This document shows, piece by piece, positions 45,426-55,011 of a DNA stretch of 64,000 nt. Each line of letters opens with the position of its first letter. Position 1 is the stretch's first letter. The DNA comes from a virus. The position numbers and the translations under genes are program-made. The DNA is taken from positions 32,001 to 96,000 of the IMG/VR virus record IMGVR_UViG_3300025276_004419; one strand, given 5' to 3'. The notes below the pieces were generated by a model. That model was given only the letters and a program-made list of their open reading frames with translations, had not been told where the DNA came from and searched no databases.

Positions 45426-46042
45426 TGAGTAGTTTTAAAGAAGAAGTAGAACTAGAACTACTTAGTAGTTTAGGTTTACTAAGTTCCCTTAGAGACCGAG
45501 ACCAATTATCAATGGTCCCAGAACATGAATGGGCTGAAGTAGTATCACAACGTATAGCTGATAAGTTTAAGGGTAGGTACGTTCCTTTTGTAAGCGAAGT
45601 AGAAGAGTTTAACGCAACAATGGGAAAACCTAATAATTATGAGCCTATCATACCTGAAAACAAAGCTGAGTGGATGTTTGTTTACGACTTCATTCTCGAA
45701 GAGCTTGAGGAATATAAAGCTGCCTGTGAAGCAGGCGATATTGTTGAGGTTCTTGACGCTTTATGTGACATTGCCTATGTCTCGATTGGTAACGGAGCTA
45801 TGCTTCATGGTCTTAAGGATAAACTATGGGATGCTTATCAGGAAGTCCAAGCCTCAAATATGTCAAAGGCTTGTGTGGACGAAAAGGAGGCACAAGAAAC
45901 GGTTCAAAGACGTTCTAAAGAGCAGAATGAACCTTGTCACTACGAGAAGGTTGGAGACTATTATATTGTCTATAGAACACGTGATAGAAAAGTAATGAAA
46001 AATGTTAATTACTTCCGTCCTGATCTAAAACAATTCTTTTAA
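45425..46042 (+). CDS. MazG-like / all-alpha NTP pyrophosphohydrolase
   Basis: VEEFNATM, FILEELEEY, EVLDALCDIAYV, EVQASNMSK, KVMK..NYFRPDL. Confidence 0.85.
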   Translation: MSSFKEEVELELLSSLGLLSSLRDRDQLSMVPEHEWAEVVSQRIADKFKGRYVPFVSEVEEFNATMGKPNNYEPIIPENKAEWMFVYDFILEELEEYKAACEAGDIVEVLDALCDIAYVSIGNGAMLHGLKDKLWDAYQEVQASNMSKACVDEKEAQETVQRRSKEQNEPCHYEKVGDYYIVYRTRDRKVMKNVNYFRPDLKQFF

Positions 46043-47832
46043 TGTATAAAAAGTGTTATCAAGGTAAAAAATTAGACCATAATTTGTATGAAATGCATTT
46101 ATGGGAAGATGATGGTGAACATCAGGTAGTTGAATATAAGAATAAATCTTATGTTAACTGCATCCCTGCAGAGTCTACCCTTAAAGGTCTAAATGGTGAG
46201 TTTGTAAAACCTATTACAAATTGGCGTTTTTCTAAAAACCCAATGTATAAGGACAAAAATACACCTGGATTACACTTTCATGATATGCCTGCTTATCAAA
46301 AGTTTCTTATTGAAAAATACGGAATTAATGATGAACCTTCGACAGGGCACCGAGAAGTCTTTTTCGATATCGAAATTGAGATGGGAGGTGCCCTGACTGA
46401 AGAATATATAGAAGATGCTCCAAAACCTGTTACCTCTATTGCTTGGTATAACTTACCTACAGATGAATGGGCAATTATTATTTTAGATAAAAAAGGACAA
46501 CTCAATCGTACTAAAGCAAAAAACAAAGAGATAATCCCCGTCAAAACTGAGAAGGAATTACTCCAAACTTTTGTTAAACGATTTAAAGAACTAAACCCAG
46601 ATATTATAATTGGGTGGAATAGTGATTATTTTGATATCCCTTATCTATATTATAGAATTGAGAAAGTCTTAAATAAAAGAATAGCAAATTCACTATCACC
46701 TTTAGGAATTGTTAAAACCAAAAAATCAGCCAAATATAAAGACCAAGAAACAGGTGAAATAAAGGCTAGGTGGTATAAGCAAGATATGTTTGTAGACATT
46801 GTAGGTGTTGAGTCTTTAGATTATATGAGAGTTCATAAAAAGTTTAGCTTTAGAGACGAACCATCATATAAATTAGATGTTATTGGTGAAAAGTATACTG
46901 GATTAAATAAAATCGAGTATGAAGGTAATTTAGATAACTTATTTGAAGATGATATCCATAAGTTTATTCAATATAACTTCCGTGATGTTGAAATTCTCAA
47001 ATTATTAGATGAAAAGTTAGATTACTTAGCACTCATTAAAAACCTAGCACATAAAGGTAAGCACAATTATAGTGAGGTATATGCCAATACTAAAACACAA
47101 GATGGTGCTATTTCAGCTTATTTATTAAGTGAAGGAATTGCTCCACCTGCTCGTGATCCAAACCCAATTAATAAAAAGAACTATGCTGGTGGGTATTTAT
47201 TTTGCCCTACAGCAGGTATTTTTAACTATATGTTTGATGAGGATTTAACTTCACTATACCCTTCAATTATTATGTCTTTAAATATTGGTAAGGAAACCTT
47301 AGTAGGAAGAATTATTATACCTGATGAAAAGGTAATGGTTGAAAATAAAGAGATCTTCAATTGTAGATATGGTTTAAACGATCTAAAGAAGATGGATCAA
47401 GACCGCTCTGTATTAGTCCAAAATGCTAAACGTAGTAATACTAACATCAAAATCCCAGATTTAATTGATTTAATTGAAAGCGAAAATCTATCAGTATCAG
47501 CTAATGGAGTAATGTTTAGAACAGATTTTGATTCGGTTTTATCTACTATTCTAAACAAATGGTTTAATGAAAGGGTAGTATTTAAAAACCAAATGAAAAA
47601 AGCCTATAAAGAGGGTAATAAAGAATTAGGTGAATTAATGCACTTAAAGCAACACACAATGAAAATTTTGCTAAATAGCTTGTATGGTGCAACTGCTCTT
47701 GGTAGCTTCCGATATGGTAATGTAATTTTATCAGAAGCAATCACATTATCCGGGCAACGTATTATCCAAGAATCAGCATCATTTGCTAATAAACATATGA
47801 ACCAAGTAATGAGAGGAGAAATAGAATTATGA
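46042..47832 (+). CDS. Family-B DNA polymerase, N-terminal part (3'-5' exonuclease, motifs A and B)
   Basis: FFDIEIE, IGWNSDYFDIPY, SYKLD, YNFRDV, DEDLTSLYPSII, KILLNSLYG; no YxDTDS. Confidence 0.93.
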   Translation: MYKKCYQGKKLDHNLYEMHLWEDDGEHQVVEYKNKSYVNCIPAESTLKGLNGEFVKPITNWRFSKNPMYKDKNTPGLHFHDMPAYQKFLIEKYGINDEPSTGHREVFFDIEIEMGGALTEEYIEDAPKPVTSIAWYNLPTDEWAIIILDKKGQLNRTKAKNKEIIPVKTEKELLQTFVKRFKELNPDIIIGWNSDYFDIPYLYYRIEKVLNKRIANSLSPLGIVKTKKSAKYKDQETGEIKARWYKQDMFVDIVGVESLDYMRVHKKFSFRDEPSYKLDVIGEKYTGLNKIEYEGNLDNLFEDDIHKFIQYNFRDVEILKLLDEKLDYLALIKNLAHKGKHNYSEVYANTKTQDGAISAYLLSEGIAPPARDPNPINKKNYAGGYLFCPTAGIFNYMFDEDLTSLYPSIIMSLNIGKETLVGRIIIPDEKVMVENKEIFNCRYGLNDLKKMDQDRSVLVQNAKRSNTNIKIPDLIDLIESENLSVSANGVMFRTDFDSVLSTILNKWFNERVVFKNQMKKAYKEGNKELGELMHLKQHTMKILLNSLYGATALGSFRYGNVILSEAITLSGQRIIQESASFANKHMNQVMRGEIEL

Positions 47833-48284
47833 AAGAGGTAGAACACCAAACCTATAAAGACAACCGTGGGAGTTACACACCGTTTCCATTAAATATAATG
47901 GATACTAAATGGGACCAATGTTCTATAAGTACAAATGATGGTAGGTATACATTTAGAGGAATGCATTACCAAACCCACCCACCTCAGGAAAAATATGTTA
48001 AGGTAATACGTGGTTCTATTATTGACATTGGTTATGATTTATTTACTAATAAAACATTCAGCCAAGAAATACATGAAGGTAATGCTGCATACCTACATAA
48101 AGATTATGCTCATGGGTTTTTAACTCTAGAACCTGATACTATTGTAGTTTATTTAGTTAAAGGTGAATATTCACCTGAATCCGAACATTCTATTGTATGG
48201 CAATCTCTCCCTGAAGTAAAAACATTAATAGAAAATTATACTAATAACCCTATTATCTCTAAAAAAGATGCCAAAGGAAAATAA
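47829..48284 (+). CDS. rmlC: dTDP-4-dehydrorhamnose 3,5-epimerase
   Basis: DNRG, FRGMHYQ...QEKYVKVIRGSIID, AHGFLTL, YSPESE. Confidence 0.88.
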   Translation: MKEVEHQTYKDNRGSYTPFPLNIMDTKWDQCSISTNDGRYTFRGMHYQTHPPQEKYVKVIRGSIIDIGYDLFTNKTFSQEIHEGNAAYLHKDYAHGFLTLEPDTIVVYLVKGEYSPESEHSIVWQSLPEVKTLIENYTNNPIISKKDAKGK

Positions 48285-48293
48285 ATTAACATT

Positions 48294-48542
48294 ATGATTA
48301 CAAGACAAGCAATTAGAAAAGGAGTTATAGTCGAGTGTGAAGGTAAAATCCTAACCAAAGATGAAATAGTTAGTATGGGGGAAAATTGGAGTGAACATTC
48401 CGAAATGTTCTTTCGTAAAATGTTGAGACAAGGAGGTAAATTTACTCTTAAAGGATCATCATTCCGTATTTTCGCACCTGAACAATTAACTAATAGTAAA
48501 GGTGATGTAGAAGCACCATTGAAAGAAAGTGAAGAAGAATGA
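48294..48542 (+). CDS. Hypothetical protein, 82 aa
   Basis: ORF track; lies between rmlC and the polB C-terminal gene. Confidence 0.6.
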   Translation: MITRQAIRKGVIVECEGKILTKDEIVSMGENWSEHSEMFFRKMLRQGGKFTLKGSSFRIFAPEQLTNSKGDVEAPLKESEEE

Positions 48543-49468
48543 ACCACTTAGAAAGTACACCTTGGTTTATATGTAATAAAGAAGATACAAACTACTGCGT
48601 TTATGTAGATACTGATTCTAATTATTACAATGCTGAACCTATGCTTAGGCATCTTTACCCTAACTTTGATGAAATGTCTGAAGAGGAAAGAGATGTGAAA
48701 CTTGAGGAAGTAGCTTTAAAATACCAAGATTTAATTACTAAATCCTATAACACATTAGCATTAGAGGCATTCAATATTAAAACACACAGATTTGATATGA
48801 AAACCGAGTGTATGATTCGTGCTGGGTATTTTAGAGCACCTCGACGTTATGCTCAATGGATCACTAAAAAAGAAGGAGTACCTACTGATGATTTAGATAT
48901 TAAAGGGTTAGAATTTATGAAATCTAATTACCCTAAAATATTTGGAAATTTCTTTAAAGGTATATTACAGAAAGTAATTAAAGGTGCCCCTCAAGATGAA
49001 ATAGATACTTTATTGAAGGATTTTAGAACCAAAATATTATCCCCAGATACTAACCTTACTATCTTAGGTAATCCCACTCGTGTAAAAACACTAGAAAAAT
49101 ATTTAGCTTCCCCACCACGCCCAGGAGAAATGTTTTCTTCTATTAATCAAGGTGCTCCTGCTCCTGTAAAGGCAGCTATTAAATATAATGATTTACTTAC
49201 ATTCTGGAAGTTAGATAAGCAGCATTCTAAAATTACTCAAGGTGATAAAATTAAGTGGATTTATCTAAAAGAAAATCCATATAAAATTGAAGCACTTGCG
49301 TTTTTAGATTTTGATATACCAGAAAAGATCACTATATTATTGGATAAGTATGCTGATAAGAATAGGGCATTTGAATCTATTTTAGAAAGCAAATTAATGG
49401 GATTTTATAATGATTTAGGTTGGGAATTAAATATGAACCCTTACCGAAATTTAATTTTTAATTTTTAA
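48539..49468 (+). CDS. Family-B DNA polymerase, C-terminal part (motif C and thumb)
   Basis: YVDTDS, RRYA, IKGLE, GDKIKWIYL. Confidence 0.92.
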   Translation: MNHLESTPWFICNKEDTNYCVYVDTDSNYYNAEPMLRHLYPNFDEMSEEERDVKLEEVALKYQDLITKSYNTLALEAFNIKTHRFDMKTECMIRAGYFRAPRRYAQWITKKEGVPTDDLDIKGLEFMKSNYPKIFGNFFKGILQKVIKGAPQDEIDTLLKDFRTKILSPDTNLTILGNPTRVKTLEKYLASPPRPGEMFSSINQGAPAPVKAAIKYNDLLTFWKLDKQHSKITQGDKIKWIYLKENPYKIEALAFLDFDIPEKITILLDKYADKNRAFESILESKLMGFYNDLGWELNMNPYRNLIFNF

Positions 49469-49469
49469 T

Positions 49470-50210
49470 ATGATAAGCAAACACGACTTACAATCAGTTA
49501 TTGGAAAATATCACCTAAATGGGTTAGTTGAATCCGTTAAATGGACCATTGAAGATAACGCGTTAAATATCGATTTCCAATCGCCCAATAAGGACATGAT
49601 TGGACGCGTTAATCATGCAGATTTTCCGCTAGAAGATGGCGAAATGGCGGTGTATGATACTTCTAAATTGAATAAATTACTAGGAGTTACTAGTGGGGAA
49701 TTATTTTTGGAGTTAGAAAAAACACAAAAAGTGTTTACTAAACTCATCATCTCAGATATGAATTATACTCTGAATTTCTCATTAACTGATTTACTACTTA
49801 TCTCAAGTGTAGGTGAAATTACTGAATCAGGTGAATATGAGATTATTAGTGAGTTAGATTCAGAAAGTATTAGTGCCATTATTAAAGCACATAACGCACT
49901 CGAAAGTGATAATGTAATAGTTAACATTGATAAAGATTTAGATTTACAAGATGTTTTAGTTTTGTCATTTGGTGATGTTTCTAATCATACAAACAAAATC
50001 GATTATCAGGTACCTAACACTACTTTAAACCATGTTCCTTATGGAACTGAATTGCCTTTCAACTCGGCAATGTTTAAATCAATACTTAATAATAATAAAG
50101 ATGCTACTAAAGCAACTATGAAATTTAATACTAAAGGATATGTTAAATTCGAATTCGAAGGTGAAAATTGGAGTAGTTTTTATTATGTTGTGCGGAAGGC
50201 AGATATTTAA
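49470..50210 (+). CDS. DNA polymerase sliding clamp (T4 gp45-like)
   Basis: 246 aa, acidic, follows polB; MAVYDTSKL; clamp-loader genes nearby. Confidence 0.75.
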   Translation: MISKHDLQSVIGKYHLNGLVESVKWTIEDNALNIDFQSPNKDMIGRVNHADFPLEDGEMAVYDTSKLNKLLGVTSGELFLELEKTQKVFTKLIISDMNYTLNFSLTDLLLISSVGEITESGEYEIISELDSESISAIIKAHNALESDNVIVNIDKDLDLQDVLVLSFGDVSNHTNKIDYQVPNTTLNHVPYGTELPFNSAMFKSILNNNKDATKATMKFNTKGYVKFEFEGENWSSFYYVVRKADI

Positions 50211-50225
50211 TATATGTATGGCAAA

Positions 50226-50285
50226 GTAACATTGTAGCTAGGGCACGTTGTTACGTTTTTAATTAATCGAGTAGCTCAGGCACTC
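50226..50285 (+). promoter_or_regulatory. Structured 5' leader of hsp20 (two hairpins; loop complementary to the 3' flank)
   Basis: GTAACA/TGTTAC stem closing a 17-nt loop; GAGT(A)GC-tcag-GCACTC hairpin at 50269-50285. Confidence 0.55.
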
Positions 50286-50299
50286 ACAAAATAAATGAT

Positions 50300-50716
50300 A
50301 TGAGTACATTAAACCCGTACGAACGTTCTCCGTTCGACATTCTATTTAGAAACTTCTTCAATACCGAAGATCAATTCGCTCCAGCGTTAAATTCTAAACA
50401 ACCCCACCCACTTAATATTTACTACAACGACGAAGGTTTACACTTCGAAGTCGCTTGTACTGGTCTTATTAAAGAAGACCTTAATATTAACGTAGAAGGT
50501 GATTTACTAAAAATCAGCTATCAAAAACCAGATGAAGAAACTGATTTTTCAGGTTATATTTATCATGGTCTATCCAAAAAGTCATTCGACTTAGGATATA
50601 AAATCTCTCCAAAGTTTAATTTGAATAAAATTAATGCTGAAATGGAAAATGGACTTTTAAAACTCTATATTCCAACATCAGATGAGGCTAAATCAAAATC
50701 AATTAAAATAAAATAA
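50300..50716 (+). CDS. Small heat-shock protein Hsp20
   Basis: HPLNIY, FEVACTG, LKISY, YIYHGLSKKSF, AEMENGLLKLYIP. Confidence 0.92.
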   Translation: MSTLNPYERSPFDILFRNFFNTEDQFAPALNSKQPHPLNIYYNDEGLHFEVACTGLIKEDLNINVEGDLLKISYQKPDEETDFSGYIYHGLSKKSFDLGYKISPKFNLNKINAEMENGLLKLYIPTSDEAKSKSIKIK

Positions 50717-50789
50717 AAGTTTTACCAAAAAAGCGTGTCCTAGCGCAATACCTTTCGTATATTCACGGTATAATAATAAATAAACAGTT

Positions 50790-51071
50790 ATGGCTAAGCC
50801 CAGCAAATCAAATTTACGTTTTATTAAGGATCCAATATTGACTCCTTATTACATCCAATTAGATGACCATTGTTACATTGCTCAGAAATCAACATATTCT
50901 GAAGCAGGGCATGAGTATCAAAATACCATTGGACATTACCAAAAACTTGGTACTTGTTTAGAAGCTATAGCACGCGATGGTGCTAAATCCCAAGGTTATG
51001 ATACTCTACGTGAATTCGTAGAACGTTTTGAAGCAAAATCACAAGAACTAATAAATATAATTAAATTATGA
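50790..51071 (+). CDS. Hypothetical protein
   Basis: ORF track; CGTATATT box at 50756. Confidence 0.65.
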   Translation: MAKPSKSNLRFIKDPILTPYYIQLDDHCYIAQKSTYSEAGHEYQNTIGHYQKLGTCLEAIARDGAKSQGYDTLREFVERFEAKSQELINIIKL

Positions 51072-51361
51072 TCGAAGCATTATATAATGCGGTTATCGTT
51101 AAACCGGTAGAAGTAGAAGAAACAAAGTATGGAAACATTGTAGTTCCAGATTTGGGAAATGAAACAAACAAAACAGGACAAGTAGTAGGAGTAGGCCCAG
51201 GTCATATGAATATGGGAACCTTTGTTCCAACTCAACTCCAAGTAAATGATATTGTAATATTACCTACAATGGGATTTACAAAATTCGAGTATGAGAGCGA
51301 AACATACTGGATTGGAAAAGAAAACGAAGTTTTAGCAAAAATAAATAAAAACGATGAGTAA
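51068..51361 (+). CDS. groES: Co-chaperonin GroES
   Basis: AVIVKP, GNIVVPD, GQVVGVGPG, E.EVLAKI. Confidence 0.92.
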   Translation: MIEALYNAVIVKPVEVEETKYGNIVVPDLGNETNKTGQVVGVGPGHMNMGTFVPTQLQVNDIVILPTMGFTKFEYESETYWIGKENEVLAKINKNDE

Positions 51362-52973
51362 AATTATTGAATTCGGTCCAGAAGGACGTCAAAAATTGGT
51401 AAATGGGATTGATAAACTAGCAGATGCTGTTGTATCAACATTAGGTCCTAATGGTCGTAATGTAGTCATTTCAAATTCAGAAGGTTATCCCCAAAGCACT
51501 AAAGATGGTGTTACGGTTGCCAAATCTATTTCACTTAGTGATAATGTAGAAGAAACTGGTGTATCTTTAGTTAAACAAGCAGCTATTCAAACTGCTAACT
51601 TAGCAGGTGATGGTACTACAACTTCAACTCTATTAGCACGTGAGATGGTAAAAGCAGGTCTTTCCCATCTTAACAATGGTGCTAATGCTGTTGAAATTAA
51701 ACGTAGTATTGATACTGCTGTTAAACAAGTAACTTCCCTTCTTAGACTTAATGCTGAAGATATCACTTCAGAAGAGCAACTAGAACAAATTGCTACTATA
51801 TCAGCTAATAACGACCCAGAAGTAGGTAAGCTAATTGCTACTGCTATGAATTCAGTAGGACGTGAAGGTGTTGTTTACATTGAAGAGTCTAAATCAGGGG
51901 AAACTTATTTAGAAACAGTAGAAGGGTTACAATTTGATAGAGGTTTCAAATCACCTTATTTTGTAACTAATAATGCTAATATGTCAGCTGTATTAGACAA
52001 ACCTTACATACTGATTGCTGATAGTACTTTCACAAAAGTAAAAGAACTTCTTCCTGTATTGGAAGGTGTATCTGGAACTGGTCGCTCTCTTCTTATCATT
52101 GCTGAAGATATTGATAATGAAGCACTCGCAACACTTGTTGTAAACAAGATGCGTGGAACACTTGCTGTTTGTGCAGTTAAATCCCCAGAATTTGGAGATC
52201 GTCGCAAACTTATTTTAGATGATATTGCTACACTAACTGGTGGAGAAGTATTTAGCAAGGATAAAGGAATGAAACTTGATAAATTTTCTTGGGATTGGTT
52301 TGGTGAAGCTAGAACAATAACTGTAACAAAAGAAACAACTACAATTGTAGATGGAAAAGGAGGAACAGAACGAATTGAAGCACGTATTGAAGAATTACAA
52401 CAACAAATCGAACAAGCGGGATCGCCGTTCGAAACAGAAAAACTTCAAGAAAGGCTATCAAAGTTCATCGGAGGAGTGGGAATAATCCACGTTGGTGGTA
52501 ACACTGAAACCGAAATGAAAGAGAAAAAAGATCGTGTAGACGATGCTTTAAATGCTACGAAAGCAGCTATTGAAGAAGGTATTGTACCTGGAGGTGGTGC
52601 TGCTTTACTTTATGCCCGTGAAGGTATTGAGGATAGAACCACATTAGGATCACAAATTGTATATCATGCTTGTGGAAAACCATTTACTCAAATTCTCATT
52701 AATGCTGGTTATGAAGTAGTTAAAGCTGAAATGCTAGCTATGGATTTCAAAACCAGTGAAACGAATTGGGAAGGTTACAATCTTAAAACAGAAGAGACTG
52801 TAAATATGAAAGAAGCAGGCATTATCGACCCAGCTAAAGTAACTCGTACAGCACTAGAAAACGCAGCCTCAGTAGCAGGTACTATTCTATTAACTGAATG
52901 TGTTATAGTAGAAGATCCAGATAGTAAGGATGAAGTAGATCCTATGGCTGGAATGATGGGAGGAATGATGTAA
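51354..52973 (+). CDS. groEL: Chaperonin GroEL
   Basis: TLGPNGRNV, TKDGVTVAK, AGDGTTT, VEGLQFDRG, EGIVPGGG, IIDPAKV; Gly/Met tail. Confidence 0.97.
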   Translation: MSKIIEFGPEGRQKLVNGIDKLADAVVSTLGPNGRNVVISNSEGYPQSTKDGVTVAKSISLSDNVEETGVSLVKQAAIQTANLAGDGTTTSTLLAREMVKAGLSHLNNGANAVEIKRSIDTAVKQVTSLLRLNAEDITSEEQLEQIATISANNDPEVGKLIATAMNSVGREGVVYIEESKSGETYLETVEGLQFDRGFKSPYFVTNNANMSAVLDKPYILIADSTFTKVKELLPVLEGVSGTGRSLLIIAEDIDNEALATLVVNKMRGTLAVCAVKSPEFGDRRKLILDDIATLTGGEVFSKDKGMKLDKFSWDWFGEARTITVTKETTTIVDGKGGTERIEARIEELQQQIEQAGSPFETEKLQERLSKFIGGVGIIHVGGNTETEMKEKKDRVDDALNATKAAIEEGIVPGGGAALLYAREGIEDRTTLGSQIVYHACGKPFTQILINAGYEVVKAEMLAMDFKTSETNWEGYNLKTEETVNMKEAGIIDPAKVTRTALENAASVAGTILLTECVIVEDPDSKDEVDPMAGMMGGMM

Positions 52974-53230
52974 TGGAAAGTAAAATCGAAGAATTTTACG
53001 AATTGATTGCTAACAGAGTACCACCTGGAGACAGGTGGACTCTAGTTGGTGATAAAACCATATATAATTCTATTACTGAAGTTTTAGAAGCCTGGTTTGG
53101 TAAAACAGGTGAAAAAGCAGAATTTAAACTTGCCCCATTAGCAGGAAAATTGTATGTTATACGTACCGAAGAAATAGAAATAAAACCAGAACCACCTAAG
53201 AAATATAACCTATATGGTGACCGCGACTAA
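52973..53230 (+). CDS. Hypothetical protein
   Basis: ORF track; coupled to groEL. Confidence 0.65.
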   Translation: MESKIEEFYELIANRVPPGDRWTLVGDKTIYNSITEVLEAWFGKTGEKAEFKLAPLAGKLYVIRTEEIEIKPEPPKKYNLYGDRD

Positions 53231-54134
53231 AGATCATACATTACTAGTTGAAAAATATCGTTCTAAAACATTAGATAGTTATGTCGGAAACGAACACATT
53301 AAGAAGACCATTAAACAATATTTGGGTCAAAATGACATCCAAAACCTCATATTTTATGGTCCTGCTGGAACTGGTAAAACGACTTTGGCAAAACTCATTG
53401 TTAATAATCTCAATTGTGACTTTATTTACATTAACGCCTCTGATGAACGTGGTATTGAGACTATTCGGGATAAGGTCTCAGGATTCGCATCGACTGCCTC
53501 TTTCAAACCACTTAAAGTAGTTATTTTAGATGAGGCTGATTTTTTAACAATCCAAGCACAAGCTTCACTCCGTAATGTAATTGAGACATTTTCTCGTACT
53601 ACCCGTTTTATTATGACGTGTAATTATGTTGAGCGTATTATAGATCCATTACAATCACGTTGTCAAGTGCTTAAAATTATACCCCCATCAAAAGGAGATG
53701 TTGCTAAACATATTGCTTGGGTTTTAGGAGAAGAAAATACTAGCTTCGTAATAGGAGATATTAAAACAATTACCAACCAATACTACCCAGATTTACGTAA
53801 ATGTCTTAATACTATTCAACTATCAACTCAAGATAATAAATTAACAATAGATAAATCAGTACTTGTCTCTTCTAACTATATGACTCAAGTACTAAAAGAA
53901 TTAAGTAATGCTAAACCCTTATGGCGAGAAATTAGACAAACGATCGCAAACGCTAATGTTCAGGATTTTGAGGAGTTGTATCGTTATCTTTACGATAATG
54001 CTTCTACCTACGCAAATGGAAGAGAAGGAATGGTTGCTGTTTATATCAACGAGTATAGTTATCAGTCTAATTTTCGTATCGATAAAGAAATCAACGCAAT
54101 GGCGTTAATATCAAAATTAATTGAATTAAAATAA
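53214..54134 (+). CDS. Clamp loader large subunit (RFC/T4 gp44-like AAA+)
   Basis: LVEKYR, GPAGTGKTT, INASDERG, ILDEAD, LQSRC. Confidence 0.93.
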   Translation: MVTATKDHTLLVEKYRSKTLDSYVGNEHIKKTIKQYLGQNDIQNLIFYGPAGTGKTTLAKLIVNNLNCDFIYINASDERGIETIRDKVSGFASTASFKPLKVVILDEADFLTIQAQASLRNVIETFSRTTRFIMTCNYVERIIDPLQSRCQVLKIIPPSKGDVAKHIAWVLGEENTSFVIGDIKTITNQYYPDLRKCLNTIQLSTQDNKLTIDKSVLVSSNYMTQVLKELSNAKPLWREIRQTIANANVQDFEELYRYLYDNASTYANGREGMVAVYINEYSYQSNFRIDKEINAMALISKLIELK

Positions 54135-54141
54135 ATAAACA

Positions 54142-54393
54142 ATGGATCAAGGAATGAATCAACCCAACATCGACCTTAAAAATACAGAGTCGGTAGAACA
54201 CGAAAATGGAAAAGTATGGACTCAAGGATATATTATCCGTAAAGTTTCTAAATTTGTAGCAGGTACAGCTGAAGACGCTTATATGCCAATCCCAGTATTT
54301 TATGATGCTGTAAGCGGTGAAGTTTTACAAGGTACACTACCAAAAGAGCTAAGAGATGAAGCAGGTGACAACCCTCTTCGAGTGGTTGAATGA
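54142..54393 (+). CDS. Hypothetical protein
   Basis: ORF track; in the clamp-loader block. Confidence 0.65.
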   Translation: MDQGMNQPNIDLKNTESVEHENGKVWTQGYIIRKVSKFVAGTAEDAYMPIPVFYDAVSGEVLQGTLPKELRDEAGDNPLRVVE

Positions 54394-54790
54394 GATAACT
54401 CTCTATAAAACAGCTCCGGAAGATATTTCGCAAGATTCATGGGATAAATGGAACTCTTACATGATACATAGATATGTATCTATGAACATGGATTACATTG
54501 ATGTAGTAAACTACGTTCAAAAGGTTAATCCACAAAGTAAGAAACAAATTTATTCCATTTATCGCGAAATGTTACCTAAAAGAAAAGTCTACCTCAAGTA
54601 CGTAAAGAATCAAAACAAAAAAAATAACCAAGAACTAGCAGAATATATTGCAGATTATCTAGAATGTAGTCTAGGAGAAGCAGATGAATATATTTATCTA
54701 TTACAAGATACAGGTGTTAGAGATATTTTATGGAAAATGGGAGTAGAAGAAGACGAAACCGAAAAGTTAATTAAAAAAGCAAAGTTATGA
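54356..54790 (+). CDS. Clamp loader small subunit (T4 gp62-like)
   Basis: FEWLNEI, WNSYMIHRYVSM, LPKRKVYLKYVK, Y.ECS..EA.EY. Confidence 0.7.
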   Translation: MKQVTTLFEWLNEITLYKTAPEDISQDSWDKWNSYMIHRYVSMNMDYIDVVNYVQKVNPQSKKQIYSIYREMLPKRKVYLKYVKNQNKKNNQELAEYIADYLECSLGEADEYIYLLQDTGVRDILWKMGVEEDETEKLIKKAKL

Positions 54791-55008
54791 GTACATTAAG
54801 AGATATGCTTTTTACCTCAGCACACGCTGATAGAGCTAAAGCACTTTTAACCCTAGACCTGTTAGAAAATCACCAAGCAGGAATTGGTGACCATTCAACA
54901 GATGATTTTTATAAGAATGCTGAAGAAGCTCTTGTTATGTTAGTAGAAGCTGATGATCGTTTAGAGGCGATTGAAAAGTATTTACAAGTCAAAAAACAAG
55001 TTATATAA
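54787..55008 (+). CDS. Hypothetical protein
   Basis: ORF track; GIGDH motif. Confidence 0.65.
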   Translation: MSTLRDMLFTSAHADRAKALLTLDLLENHQAGIGDHSTDDFYKNAEEALVMLVEADDRLEAIEKYLQVKKQVI

Positions 55009-55011
55009 GTT

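Noticed and set aside
47833-48538. Intein or group I intron explaining the polB split
   Set aside because: There is no Cys/Ser start or His-Asn end, no homing endonuclease motif and no recognisable intron core. The gap is filled by two ordinary ORFs with coupled starts and stops.
50269-50285. CIRCE operator upstream of hsp20/groESL
   Set aside because: It contains GCACTC and GAGT(A)GC, but in reversed order with a 4-nt gap rather than TTAGCACTC-N9-GAGTGCTAA; treated as an RNA hairpin.
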